Counted from the stretch's first letter, positions 12,991 through 25,831 are shown. The stretch: DNA of 64,000 bases from Octopus sinensis (GCF_006345805.1 NC_042998.1:27776001-27840000); one strand, 5' to 3'. The notes: generated by a model from the sequence alone, not told the origin. Program-made: numbers and translations.

Positions 12991-13264
12991 TAAGTCTGTT
13001 TTTTTATTTAATTTTTCATATGTCCTGCCTGCCAAATTTGGTTCTGGTGTTCGCTGAATTCTTCCTCTAGAGAATTTCCCTTGTAGCTTGATCGTTGATG
13101 ATCTTCTTCTAGCATTCTGGCCGGCTACCTAGCAGGCCAGCCCTGCCAATATACACATATATTTGAATTTTCTCTGACTCCTCAGATTTTTTGAATGCTG
13201 GACTACTGGTTTTAAATTGATATTAAAATTAATATTAATTTATCTCCCTCAATATTTATATATA

Positions 13265-13296
<32 letters not shown>

Positions 13297-13659
13297 GTCA
13301 GCAAAACGGCGGTGCATCAGCATGGCCGCAGCTATGAGCTGAAACAAAAAAAATGTATGCATGTGTGTGTATATGTTTGTGCGTCTGTGTCTGTCCCCGC
13401 AACATCGCTTGACGACCGATGCTGGTGTGTTTACGTCTCCGTAACTTAACGGTTCAGCAATAGAGACCGATAGTATAAGTACTAGGCTTACAAAGAATCG
13501 GTCGATTTGCTCGACTAAAGGCGGTGCCCCAGCATGGCCACAGTCAAATGACTGAAACAAGTAAAAGAGTATAAGAGTATGGAGCTCACACAATAGGACT
13601 GTCGGTTAGACGCATAGTTTTGTTTCGAGCAAATGGTTTGCATTTCATCCTTTCTGTTA

Positions 13660-13869
13660 CCTTGAAATTGTTTCAGTCATGGGACTGCGGCCATGCTGAA
13701 GTTCCGCCCTGAAGAACTCTTAGCCGAATGAATCAACCTCAGTACATATTCTATCGGGAACTTTTTGCCGAGCCCCTAAGTTACGGGGACGTAAACACAC
13801 CGATACCGGTTACCAAGCGGCGTTTGGGGACAAAATAAAAACACAAAGACAAACACTCGCCGACAACAC

Positions 13870-13908
<39 letters not shown>

Positions 13909-14060
13909 TGGGCTTTCAGTTTCCATCTACCAAATCAACTCAGAAGGCTTTGGTAGGCTAAAGGTTATAGTAGGAGACATTGGCCCCAGGTGTAACGCAG
14001 TGGAATTGAACCTGGAACCATGTAAGCCTGAAGTAAGCTTCTTAACACACAGCCGCGCCT
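13660..14060 (-). mobile_element. Older SINE family A copy
   Basis: Diverged match to both halves, with an internal (CA)n. Confidence 0.75.
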
Positions 14061-15319
14061 GTTACAATAATTCTTCCAGCTTTTTGCATTCTAAGTTCAA
14101 AATCTCGCCGGCGTCATCTTTCTCTTTCATTGCTGCGATGTATTGAGATATATTGATAGCGAAGGAACAGTAATGCATCCTTTCCTCTTTCTCGTTTTCA
14201 GAAATGGTTTCACTATACTCTGTGATCGTTTGGGAGAACTATTCAATGTATCGAAATAGAGAAATTTTGAGCTAGAAGCTACTAACCTATTCATATCTAG
14301 CATTCTATAAAACATACGAAGAAACTATGAAACGAGGTCGACATTTGTGGAAATCTTGCACAGTACGAACTGGTTGACATAATACACAGATCATTATCTT
14401 ACTGGAAAAATCCCCCCAACACAGAACAATATAAACAGAACCGAAACTTGCTACTAGTGATGAAAAAGATATTGATATGAAACTTAGTAACTACACTTTA
14501 GAACATAGTAGCAACACTTTAAAATACATTCTATATACATTGTTTGTACATATATACATTGTTTACGAGATATGTTGTTCCTCGCGGGAAAACAAGGAGA
14601 CAGACATTTTTCTATATCTAGTTATAATTAAATCAATTTATTTTCTACTTTCTTTAGTAAAACCAATTGAGAGAGTATATAAAACAAATTGAAAAAATTG
14701 GAATATTCATTAGAATTTCTAATGAAAAGCATTAATTTTTCGATGTAAAGAAATCTTCATTAAAATTGAACGCTAACTTCATAAAGCTTTTCACTTAAGC
14801 AATAATAAACATTTCCCAGTCGAAGTGGAACGAACTCGCGACTTTTAATTAATTTAATGCTCCCGCGAAAGAATCTATGATTTGGTTAAATTGCGTTTTC
14901 TGTTGCTTCTTTGTCAATAAGAATGAAAATAAAAAGATTCTGAAATTTAATTATTATTTATATCTATTTTGTTTAATTATAAAACTCATCAGTATTTATA
15001 AATTTACTTTAGAGCAATATCTATTATACAAGTGTTAGTCTTAGTTGGCACTATGAATCTAATCGAATAAAATGTGTACATGTAAACAAATGATTCTACA
15101 GTCTCTTCACGCACAAAACAAAAGGATTGGTCTGATTTCTGGTTTCAGTTGTTATGAGGATTACTTAGCAGGGAGTTCAATACCATCCGCCTTCTCTTCT
15201 CTTTGCAGAGAAAATTTATATATAGTCACCTGTACCAAAATCTTTATTTTCGTATTCTGAAATCAGAAAGGAGCTAATTAACTGTACGCAGATCCCTGAA
15301 ACTATATATATATATATAT

Positions 15320-15615
15320 ATATATATACTCTTTTACTTGTTTCAGTCCTTTGACTGTGGCCATGCTAGAGCACCGCCTTTAATCGAGCAAATCGAGCCC
15401 AGGACTTATTCTTTGTAAGCCTAGTACTTATTCTAGCGGTATCTTTTGCCGAACTGCTAAGTTACGGGGACGTAAACATACCAGCATCGGTTGTCAAGCG
15501 ATGTTGGGGGGACAAACACAGAAACACAGATATATACACACGCATGTATATATATATATACATATATACGACGGGCTTCTTTCAGTTTCCGTCTACCATA
15601 TCCACTCACAAGTCT
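15320..15615 (-). mobile_element. SINE family A, 5'-truncated
   Basis: TACTCTTTTACTTGTTTCAGTCC... up to CCACTCACAAG. Confidence 0.8.
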
Positions 15616-15630
15616 TCTATATTATTATTA

Positions 15631-15663
<33 letters not shown>

Positions 15664-16876
15664 GTAGTAGTAGTAATTCTAAGACGATGAGGAATCAAAT
15701 AAATGTCGTAAGAATGACTGCAGAGGGAATTGTGAAAGCAGCATTGAGAAACGAATCTGATGTCTCTGCAGTGTATAAAGTTAGAGAAGAGAAGTTTCCC
15801 CAGTGAGCCATCCGTGAAAACTTGCTTTTTGTTCTGTATTTAACTTTGCGATACACATTAATTGATTAATATTGTGTTCGTAGCCTTATATCATATAAAA
15901 CGTATTGTATAGTTACTTAAAGTAGCTCCAGTATATATCTGATTGTTATGTTAACGAAAGTTGCACGATCCTTTAAAAATACGGCGTCTGTGTTTAATTT
16001 TAAGAGCGATAGGAGACTAAATGTATTCAGTACTATGATATTTAGAACATTTTCGAATTTCTGTAAATCTATTGAATTTTAATTCCACTCAATTTCCAAG
16101 TAAAAGGCAAAAAAGCGTTCAAATAGACAACTTGGGTATATAGATTTCTGACGATCACAGTCGACGACATCAGTTCCAGTAGTCGATGGGTACTCATTTT
16201 ATAAAAAGACCCCTCCAACATAAACGGCCGAATCGATCCCGACAGCTTTTGAATTCAGGATGTAAATAACGTAATTAGAATAACACAAAGCATTTTCTCA
16301 TCAGACTTAACGACTTTGATAGTCTCCTGCTAAGGTAATATGGCTTCGATACAAAGAGAGCAATAAACTAGCAAAACTGTAAATCGTTTGACCGTTATTA
16401 TTTAATTTTGTCTCTTTACGTCATAGATTGAAGTTGTGCTGGGAAAAAGGCCTCATCTTTTATCAGTCTGAGGTCAACAGATAAGACGCAGTTATATACT
16501 AAGCGGATTCCATCTACTTCTAATCTTCGCTTCAAGAATCAGACTTAGAGAATTTTAAGAATTACTTTTCAAATAACAATAGAATTTCCCATCTCTGCTT
16601 TGATTTTATTCTATGTTTCATGCAACACACTATGTGTTAAATACGAATTTATTAGTAGATTTTATTAAGAAGACAACTTTAGGTAATTTGGTGAAAGTAT
16701 GTTTGGACATTTTCTTACGATTACAAATGTTTGGACTGACCAAGTTCGATAAATTGACCAGTACTTTACCGTAATCAATCGACTAGTATTTCACAGTAAT
16801 CAACTATGAAATAATTAAGAGTAAATAAATCATGAAGTGGGGGTATTTAAAATGAAAATGTAAAGATACATAATCA

Positions 16877-17260
16877 TGGATGGAAGCACTCCGTCGGTTC
16901 CGACGACGAGGGTTCCGGTTGATCCGATCAACGGAACAGCCTGCTCGTGGAATTAACGTGCAAGTGGCTGAGCACTCCACAGACACGTGTACCCTTAACG
17001 TAGTTCTCGGGGATATTCAGCGTGACACAGAGAGTGACAAGGCCGGCCCTTTGAAATACAGGTACAACAGAAACAGGAAGAAAGAGTGAGAGAAAGTTGT
17101 GGTGAAAGAGTACAGCAGGGATCACCACAATCCCCTGCCGGAGCCTCGTGGAGCTTTAGGTGTTTTTGCTCAATAAACACTCACAATGCCTGGTGTGGGA
17201 ATCGAAACCGCGATCCTACGACCGCGAGTCCGCTGCCCTAACCACTGGGCCATTGCGCCT
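16877..17260 (-). mobile_element. tRNA(Arg)-like SINE family C
   Basis: Head AGGCGCAATGGCCCAGTGGTTAGGGCAGCGGACTCGCGGTCGTAGGATCGCGGTTTCGATTCC on the minus strand; near-identical to 43645-44035. Confidence 0.88.
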
Positions 17261-17987
17261 TATTTCACAGTAATCAACTATGAAATAATTAAGAGTAATT
17301 AATTATGGAGTGGGGGTATTTAAAGTGAAAATGTAAAGGTAAATAATCAAACATCGTAAGAAGATGTCCGGTGGTTATGTCGATTCGTCCATGTAAAACA
17401 ATGAATTTTGGGAAATAATATCGCTTATAAAACATAGTTGAAACAGAAATTGTAAAGCATAATAAATGTTTTGAAAGAGATTACATTTAATTCTATTAAA
17501 GAAGCACTGAAATAGGTTCTAGGAATTTTAAATTTGTTTGCCGTCATAATCCTATAATCTACAACAAGCAGTTATAGAACTTTCGCCGTAGGATACGTGT
17601 TGCACTTTACAACAGAAGTGTTAAGAAATTCTTTAATTTTCCATAAGCAAACTAAACTTTTACGTAGTTCAATTTTCATGATTGAACAGATGTTATGAAA
17701 GGAGTATATCCATTTAAACAACTGAAAAAGAATCTGAAGGAAACAGTGTTTGACTAGAAATGTATTGTTGAAAATGCGAGAAAAAATCAATATTACTTAG
17801 AGGACGAGATTTAGAAAAGGTTGTTTACGATTAGAAGAGAAAGGAGACGATTATCATTTGGAACAGAATATGCCTTTGTCAAAAAATAAACGCAGACCTT
17901 TGGAAGTTCTGGGATAATAAAATGTAATTCCACGAAGACGTAAATACAAATATTTATTTTATGACACTAGAGATACATAGAGGCATT

Positions 17988-18820
17988 AAGGCGGCGAGCT
18001 GGCAGAAACGTTAGCACGCCGGGCGAAATGCGTAGCCGTATTTCGTCTGCCGTTACGTTCTGAGTTCAAATTCCGCCGAGGTCGACTTTGCCTTTCATCC
18101 TTTCGGGGTCGATAAATTAAGTACCAGTGACGCACTGGGGTCGATGTAATCGACTTAGTCCCTTTGTCTGTCCTTGTTTGTCCCCTCTGTATTTAGCCCC
18201 TTGTGGGCAATAAAGAAATAAGAAACGTTAGCATTCCGGGTGAAATGCTTAGCGGTATTTCGTCTGCCGTTACGTTGTGAGTTCAAATTCCGCCGAGGTT
18301 GACTTTGCCTTTTTCATCCTTTCGGGGTCGATTAAATAAGTACCAGTTACGCACTGGAATCGATGTAATCGACTTAATCCGTTTGTCTGTCCTTGTTTAT
18401 CCCCTCTATGTTTAGCCCCTTGTGGGTAGTAAAGAAACAGGTATTTCGCCCGTCGCTACGTTCTGAGCTCAAATTCCACTGAGGTCAACTTTGCCTGTCA
18501 GCCTTTTGGGGTCGATAAATTAAGTACCAGTTACGCACTGGGGTCGACCTAATCGACTTCATCCTTTTGTCTGTCCTTGTTTGTCCCCCCTATGTTTAGC
18601 TCCTTATGGGCAATAAAGAAATAAGAAACGTTAGCATTCCGGGCGAAATGCTTAGCGGCATTTCGTCTGTCTTTACGTTCTGAGTTCAAATTTCACCGAG
18701 GTCGACTTTGCCTTTTCATCATTTCCAGATCGATAAATTAAGTACCAGTTGCGAACTGGGATCGATCTAATCGACTGGCTCCCCCCTCCAAATTTCGGGC
18801 CTTGTGCCTAAGTAGAAAAG
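17988..18820 (+). mobile_element. SINE B/B' nested tandem array (one head, three B' units, terminal B unit)
   Basis: Junctions AAAGAAATAAG|AAACGTTAGC and AAAGAAACAG|GTATTTCG; the last unit ends GGCCTTGTGCCTAAGTAGAAAAG. Confidence 0.9.
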
Positions 18821-21539
18821 AAGATTTGTCTCTAGTGTTTAGAGTGTCCATCTTTACTCTTCCCTCTTTCTGTTTATTTTCAATATTAATCGATCCTTTA
18901 TCCTTGTGATGTTATTTCTAGTGATTTATGTATCAATTAGGCTTAAAATATAAAAAAATTGTTAAGTTGTTTTAGGGTTGATGTAATGACATAGAAAATA
19001 TTAGTGCATGAATATAGAAAGTTATCAATTCCTTATCGAAATGTATGAAAGTGTTCTCATTGGCTATATTTTAGATTAACTAAAGTGCTTGACTTTTAGT
19101 ACGTTTCATCTAGTCAGATTCCACACCGTGATAAAACATCGATAATATTGTTATTTAATTAGTATTAAAGGAGTTAAATGAGAATTCCTTCCCCATCGGT
19201 TATTCACGCAGAGATCAATTGTTAACAGAAATACGTGGATGGCTAGGTTGTCGATTATCATTCATAAGAAATTCTTCTCTTATTTCAAAGAGTATGGAAT
19301 ATGGGGTATTTATGGCAAGGGTGTTGAACAAGGCATAGCTGGTTGAGATAATTACGATTTAAGGTGTGTGTGTGTGGGGTGATCAGGAGACGTTTCCAAT
19401 CGTAAGTGAATTCTGAACACTATGCTGACATTATTTGAGTGATTCAAGTGATACATTGCTAAATGTCTTGCAAACAATTTGCACATGCAAGTGCTACCAG
19501 TCAAAAACTCCGCATATCGGAAGCCAGCAAGTGTATGGGGTCATCAGGAGAGAATGCGTGCCATTTCGGGGCCTACCTCTCGACGGCATCAATTCGCATC
19601 GCCCCCCCCCCCTCACTGATATGAGGCCCCGCAGATCAGCTGGTTATCAAATATAGCTCAATATTCTTCTAGCCATCGCTCATCGTCTCCTTTTAACCAA
19701 ATCCAGTGGCTAGCCTTCTCCACTGTATTTTGGATATCGGAGTTGTAGTGCTAACACTTTGCCGAAGTGAATAAAGCTTTGCTTGAGGAGGTTCAAAAGA
19801 TTCAAGGCGATTCAGACGATTTAAGGAACATTCTTAGCTATACACACACACACACAAAATAAATGAAGCTTCAATAGCATTATCGGAGAAATAGATAATT
19901 GCTTTGAAGCAATTCAAAAAATTTAAAACGAGTCAGAAGATTCAATCAGCCCAGAAACACAATGGTGTTTACTTTATAATGCCTGCTTCTATGAGATTTA
20001 TTACATACGACATGAGTATAACAGATACAGGTATAACAGATCAAATATGCTGAAAATATTGATGATTAAATATGCATAAATGCATACCTCGACTGAATAG
20101 TTACCACGGCCCATGGTCATTTCCTGAAGGCAATATCAAATTGAATCTTAGTGTCAGTCCCCTAAATAACTTTTTGTGAGGAATGATTCCTAAAACTTTT
20201 GTGTTATTCGACATATTGATAGAGTTTCGAAAGACCATTGGCTGCTTAATTATCTGTTTACCGAAGTGATTGGCTTCTATGTTACATTAATTTAACGCTG
20301 TGTTATTTCAGAAAATGATATTTTTGTGTAAAACATCGGATTAAACCAACTCCTTCGGTTCAAGAGTATATTTGGCTTTCATATGAACATGTTATAACGC
20401 TCTTAATATTTTATGTTGTGTCATGAATATTCAATAATTCAGATACCTTAAAAATTATCTTCATCTCTAGGAGATATCTCTGTTAAAACTCTATTAAATG
20501 AAATACTCATTTTCTAAGGAACTTGAATAATGAAGAAAACAATGAACTTTTTATGTTTCAATATTTTCTATTACAAGAGAGGGTTTGTCCCTTCAAGCTT
20601 TGTTTTAACACAGTTCATTTGAACTTCCAGTGAAAATTGATTAATGTAAAATAGAATGTCGCATATCTTGTTACCTTTTGAAAGATTTTTTTATATTTAA
20701 AATTACTCCGAGGAAGCCATTCTCTGTCTTCAGTTAACGATTTTTCTTTTATAACCTTGAGCTCATAAACGTGTTTGTGGATCTTTTCACTGCTCTTTTC
20801 GTTATGATGATGGTTTAACTGTTTGGTAGTTAAGAAGTATAAATCTCATAAAACTTTTCGCATTCACATCCTTCCTTGCATGAAAAAGTTAGCGATTCAA
20901 CAGAACTTTAGATTATAATGTTCAAAGATGGTTTTACATTATCATTAAATGACATTAAGAATAAAGGGCTGTTTAAAATATTTTAATGTACACTGCTCTC
21001 AGTTGTATTGGTTCAAATTTGTTGTAAAATAGTTATTCATGATACCAAAAATAGAAACGATTTGTTGTCTTTTTATCACCGAGAATAAACTAATAAGTGA
21101 AATTTTATACTTCGTTTATCCGTGAGCACGTGCAAACATTCATTTATACTGATTATGTAAAGGTGAATGAAATAAACCTTACCAAATCTAGATATTAAAT
21201 CCTACTAAATCCAGATATTTTAAACTTCTTATTCAGTCGAAAATCCACAACTTAAAAGTGGTGGTCACATCTTATCTTGATTACTGAAATGCAAAGAAAT
21301 GAAACCATGTCCTCAAAACTATTTTGTTTATGGACATTGATTTGATTATATTGATAGAGTTTGTCAATATACTCATAAATAATGGTTCCTATTTTAAGGA
21401 CAGAATCAGTAATTTTGAGGGAAGTGGATTAGTGCATGCCGTTGATCCTGGCACTGTATTTTGTCAAATTTGGAGTGTGAAGGACAAAGTTTACCGCACC
21501 GGGATTTGAACTTAAAACGTAAAGAACCGGAAAGAATGA

Positions 21540-22081
21540 TACACATATCAACAATCGTTTCTACCATTGGTACAAAGCCTGAAAATTTGCGGGAGTCAAT
21601 TACATCGAGCCCAGTGATCGACTGGTACTTGTTTCATCGGGTCCGAAAGGATGAAAGACAATGTCGACCACGATAGAATTTGACCTCTGAACGTGGCGGA
21701 AGACGAAATAGCTATTTTTTTTACTACCCACAAGGGGCTAAACACAGAGAGGACAATCAAGAACAGACAAACTGATTAAGTCGATTACATCGACCCCAGT
21801 GCGTAACTGGTACTTATTTAATCGGCCCCGAAAGGATGAAAGGCAAAGTAGACTTTGGCGGAATTTGAACTCAGAACGTAACGGCAGACGAAATACCTAT
21901 TTCTTTACTACCCACAAGGGGCTAAACACAGAGGGGACAAACAAGGACAGACAAAGGGATTAAGTCGATTACATCGACCCCAGTGCGTAACTGTTACTTA
22001 ATTTATCGACCCCGAAAGGATAAAAGGCAAAGTCGACCTCGACAGAATTTGAACTCAGAACGTAACGGCAGACGAAATACG
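21540..22081 (-). mobile_element. SINE B/B' array, 3' part, interrupted by the LINE
   Basis: About 185-bp units joined at GAAATACCTATTTCTTTACTACCCAC; the head lies at 27403-27459. Confidence 0.85.
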
Positions 22082-22325
22082 AATTTCTTTATGCCCACCG
22101 GGGGCCAAACATAGATATGGACAGTACAACTGATGGGATCAGTGAATCGATATGATTCTACATAAATGTGACATCAAAAATAAAATACAATACATAAAAA
22201 TCGAATGGAATACACAGTACAAAAACAATACAAATGAAGCGATGATCAAGTTACGCTCCGATCCCACAAGCCCCGACCTACCGCTGATACCTTTTTATTT
22301 TTCCTTTTTTTTTTTTCCTCGTCTT

Positions 22326-25300
22326 TCACACGGTTCCTTGCACGCACAACACTCGTGCAACATACTTCCATCTCTTTTGGAACGTACACTCTGACAGACA
22401 CCTCTTCTCCAGCCACAGTTTCCTTTTCAAATGAAAAGAAAAAAAGGATCGTAAATTGTCACCAGAGATAAAGTTGCCTGTCTTAATTCCTTTTATCCTA
22501 GTATTCCATACAGCCTCTTTTGCTATTGCTACAACCGTGAGAAAACAATTCTTACCTTCGTTCGTTAGAACTCCCGGTGGGTCAATTTTTATAATTGACT
22601 CAGTCGACAGCCGTACTCTTCCTTCGCCGGACAACAGATGTTCAGCATAAGCCCACATTTCAGTTATCTCCGGACACTGAACAATAGCGTGAGGGACGGT
22701 TTCCCTGTCCCCACCGCATCTTGGACAGGTCGGCGACTGACGTTTACCATGTCTTGCGAGCTTATCCCAAACGGGCAAGGCACCTCTGTAGCATTGCCAG
22801 GTTGTCCAACGTTCTCAACCCGAATGTACGATGAAACAAGCTGTCCAGTTGAATAAATCCGAGACCTAGAGTCGACCCCAGGCCATCGTCGCATTCAGAC
22901 TCTACCAACCCACTATATAAAATCCGTGTGGAACCCCCACCGCTGGCGTTGCCCGAGCGCCGGAACAGCAAGAGGGCCTTACGGCACTCTTTATGCCACT
23001 CACTCGACCTCGGTCTACGAGAACACCAGGCTTCCTGTTCGCAAAAACTCTTGAACTCAGGGAACATTTGTCTGGCCAGCGGAGACCACACCCGTTCACT
23101 ATCCAGGAGAATCCAGAGGTCCTCAACCTCAACGCATGTCTGCGCATCATTAACCAAGGCATCCCTAAACCTCCATTTAAAGGCTTTTGACAGCAGACAG
23201 AGCGTTTCACAAGTGGCGACCTGCCCTTCCACAAAAAGCGAAAGAGCTGTCTCTCCAACCTGATCAACCACGAATCCGGACAGGGCACGACAGTCAGGCG
23301 GTAGGTAATGACCGATGCGATAAACACATTGGCCACTTCCGCCCTCCCTTTCAGGGATAGCCACCGCCAAGACCAAGTCTTGACTACTGCAGCCACCCTG
23401 CTCAATACCTCCGTCCAGTTCTTCTCTATCTGGAGGCCTGGTCCAAACCAGACTCCCAGCAACTGAACCGGTCCCTCCGTCCAGCGCCTAACAACACTGT
23501 CTGAAGGCATCGACTTGCCAACCCAGGTGCCGAGCTGCAAGCCGACCGACTTTTCCCGGTTAATCTTGCTCCTGCTACCTCCTCGTAAGCCTCAATAGTC
23601 TTACCTACTTCACGTAGGCGTACCACTGTGGTTACACTGATAGTGATATCATCCGCGAAAGCCGTAACAAACTCCTCTAGTCCTGGTTCTCTCGGGATGC
23701 CACTCAACCTTTGCAGTAATGGCTCGAGAGCTATCACATACAAAAGTGGTGAAAGCGGACATCCTTGACGAACCGAGCGTCTGATGCAGAACGGCTTCGA
23801 AAGGAAACCGTTCACCCGAACTATCGAGTCAATGTTGTGGTACAAAGCGATAAACCACCCGAGGAAGCCAAGGCCCAGGCCAAACCGGCGCAAGTACAGT
23901 CGCTAGGTATCGATGGTCAACCCTATCAAAAGCTTTAGACTGGTCCAAATGCACCAATGCCCCACCTTTGCCAGATTTATTACCAAACCTCTCTATGGTA
24001 TAGCGAATAAGATGGAGGGTATCCTGAATGGTTCTGCCTGGGATGGCACATGTCTGTGCCTCCCCGACTATACCATTCGCGACACGCGCCAACCTTTTTG
24101 CTAGAACCTTGGCCAAAATCTTCACTTCTGCGTTTAACAGAGTGATGGGCCTGAAATTCTCTAGAACGTCCCCCTTGTCCGGGTCCTTTCTGACCAACGT
24201 CACTACTCCCCGGCGCACAGATCTGGGGATAAACCATTCTGTTTCCAGTTCGCGTACACGTCAGTCAGTAGTTGCCCGAACAAGTCTGGCATACATTTAT
24301 ACAGCTCGTACGGAAGACCATCAAGTCCCGGTGACTTACCCGCTTTACAATCGGCCAAAGCCTCCATCACCTCCTCAAGTGTGATTGGCCCTTCGCAAGA
24401 CTCCGCATCCGACCCCGAGAGGCACGGCAGCCCGGTAAGAAAGTCCTCGAGGGCTCCCACCCACCAGGACCGCCGTCACCCCCGAACAGCTGGGCGAAGT
24501 ACTCCCGAAAGACCTCACACATTTTCTCGGGTTCGTTTATCAAGACACCATTTTGATTCGTCAAAGACCGAATAGAGGAACTATTTCCTTGCCGAGCTTC
24601 CACCACTCGGGCCCATCCAGCGGCTTTGATTCCTTCACTTCCCATTGCACGTAACTTAGCTCTGGTAATACTTCCCATGTGGTGGGCTTCAAGATGCTGG
24701 TTTAACTCCAGTCTTTTCACCTCGCTTGGTCTGTATTACCAGTCCTTCAGGCTTCTTCTAGTTCCTTAACTAGACCATCTCCTATTTTACGTCCCTTCTT
24801 AGCTAAACTTATGCTAAACCTAATAGACTCATATTTGATGGCTCTTTTTAGGCGTACCACCATTTGTTATTAATGATGGTACCTGTTAATGCCCTCTGTA
24901 TTAACATCTTGATCCGCTTTCTGTACTCCTCAATCGCCAAAAGGGACGTATTGAGTTTCCAGTAGCCAGATCCCTGTCTATGCAACTTATCTACCGTCAG
25001 TTTACAGGTAACCATCTTGTGGTCACTGTAGCTGACTAGAAAAAACTGTGGACACTCAACTATGGACTTATCTTTTTCTCTAATTAAAATCCTATCTAGA
25101 TATGTTCTGGTAGACCCGTCACTATTTGACCACGTCCACTGTGGAGTGTTCGGGTGCTCCAACCTATATGGATCTGCTAGCTGAAATTGACTTAGCAGAT
25201 CCCGAAAGCCTCTGTTACATTTTCTGTTCATGTTCGAGTTTGAGCCAACACAATCTGTGTGTGCTGCACATATTGTATTAGAGTCTCCTAACACTACTAG

Positions 25301-25707
25301 TGAATGCGACGTGGCTAGGAACTTCCTAGGCCACGAAAATATTCAGTTTGCGGGCCAATAATGTTTGGTGCATAAATAGCGACCAGCCTGATTGTCTTGC
25401 CACAACTGAATGTCAAGTCGAGAACGACCAGCCTGCCTTCTGGGTCAGAAAAAACCAACTTTTTCTCGGCTACCCGGTTTCTTTTTAGTAGGACCAACAC
25501 CCCACCCCCACCTCCCGCCCGACTCGGAGAAACGTATTTCTCGTAGCCGTTCAGGAGGGGGAGCAGATCTCTTGGCCCCTTCACCCGGGTTTCCGTTGCA
25601 ACAATTACATCCAAATTTCTCGACCTGATGTCATTCAGAAAGCGTCCTTGCTTCCAGCTTGACAACAGGCCATGAACATTTAAACAACCAATGTGAATAG
25701 CCATCAC
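22326..25707 (-). pseudogene. LINE ORF2: apurinic endonuclease + reverse transcriptase + C-terminal Cys motif, frameshifted
   Basis: Motifs IGCLNVHGL, ATET, LGDSN, YLDRILI, SDHKMV; KSPGLDGLPYE, FRPITLLN, LDQSKAFDRVDH, SVRQGCPLSPLLY, AFADD, WLSLKGR, CPRCG..ETVPHAIVQC, spread over at least 8 ORF pieces. Confidence 0.95.
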
Positions 25708-25831
25708 TTACCTGTTTAATTAGGATTGTCCGGTGGAGGGGGACCCTCCACCTTTTTTTTATCCAGGGTCGGAGGTGGACGGTCTGGGAAATAGATTGTC
25801 AAAATCCCGTCTCACCACCGACACAGAATTA

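Larger units (their letters stand above)
11909..13257. mobile_element. 546/547-bp HHR-bearing unit: about 1.45 tandem copies plus one full inverted copy (retrozyme- or Penelope pLTR-like)
   Basis: TGTATATTGGCAGGGC at 11909 and 12456; inversion junction at about 12698; inverted copy 12699-13257 is bounded by the direct repeat CCCTCAATATTT; (TA)n on both flanks. Confidence 0.9.
11695..13579 (+). mobile_element. SINE family A split by the 546-bp HHR element inserted in its internal (TA)n
   Basis: Head AGGCATAGGAGTGGCTGTGTGGTAAG at 11695; 3' half at about 13350-13579 ending GTAAAAGAGTATAAGAGTA. Confidence 0.85.

Noticed and set aside
15688-15806. Possible small exon (MRNQINVVRMTAEG...) with a GTGAG donor-like site
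   Set aside because: Poor acceptor, no recognisable protein and no supporting exons.
17195-17260. tRNA-like sequences here and at other SINE heads
   Set aside because: They continue into SINE bodies and lack a proper acceptor stem; these are SINE heads, not tRNA genes.
17988-18820. Regularly spaced repeats resembling a CRISPR array
   Set aside because: Units of about 185-230 bp are SINE bodies with no unique spacers and no cas genes, in eukaryotic DNA.
8870-19560. Isolated TCATCAG/CTGACGA matches (about 5410, 8875, 10975, 14990, 16290, 19545)
   Set aside because: None is followed by stem II, GAAA and a cleavage triplet with stem I closure.
19640-19840. Possible very old CR1/Jockey RT remnant
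   Set aside because: Similarity too faint to support without a profile search.
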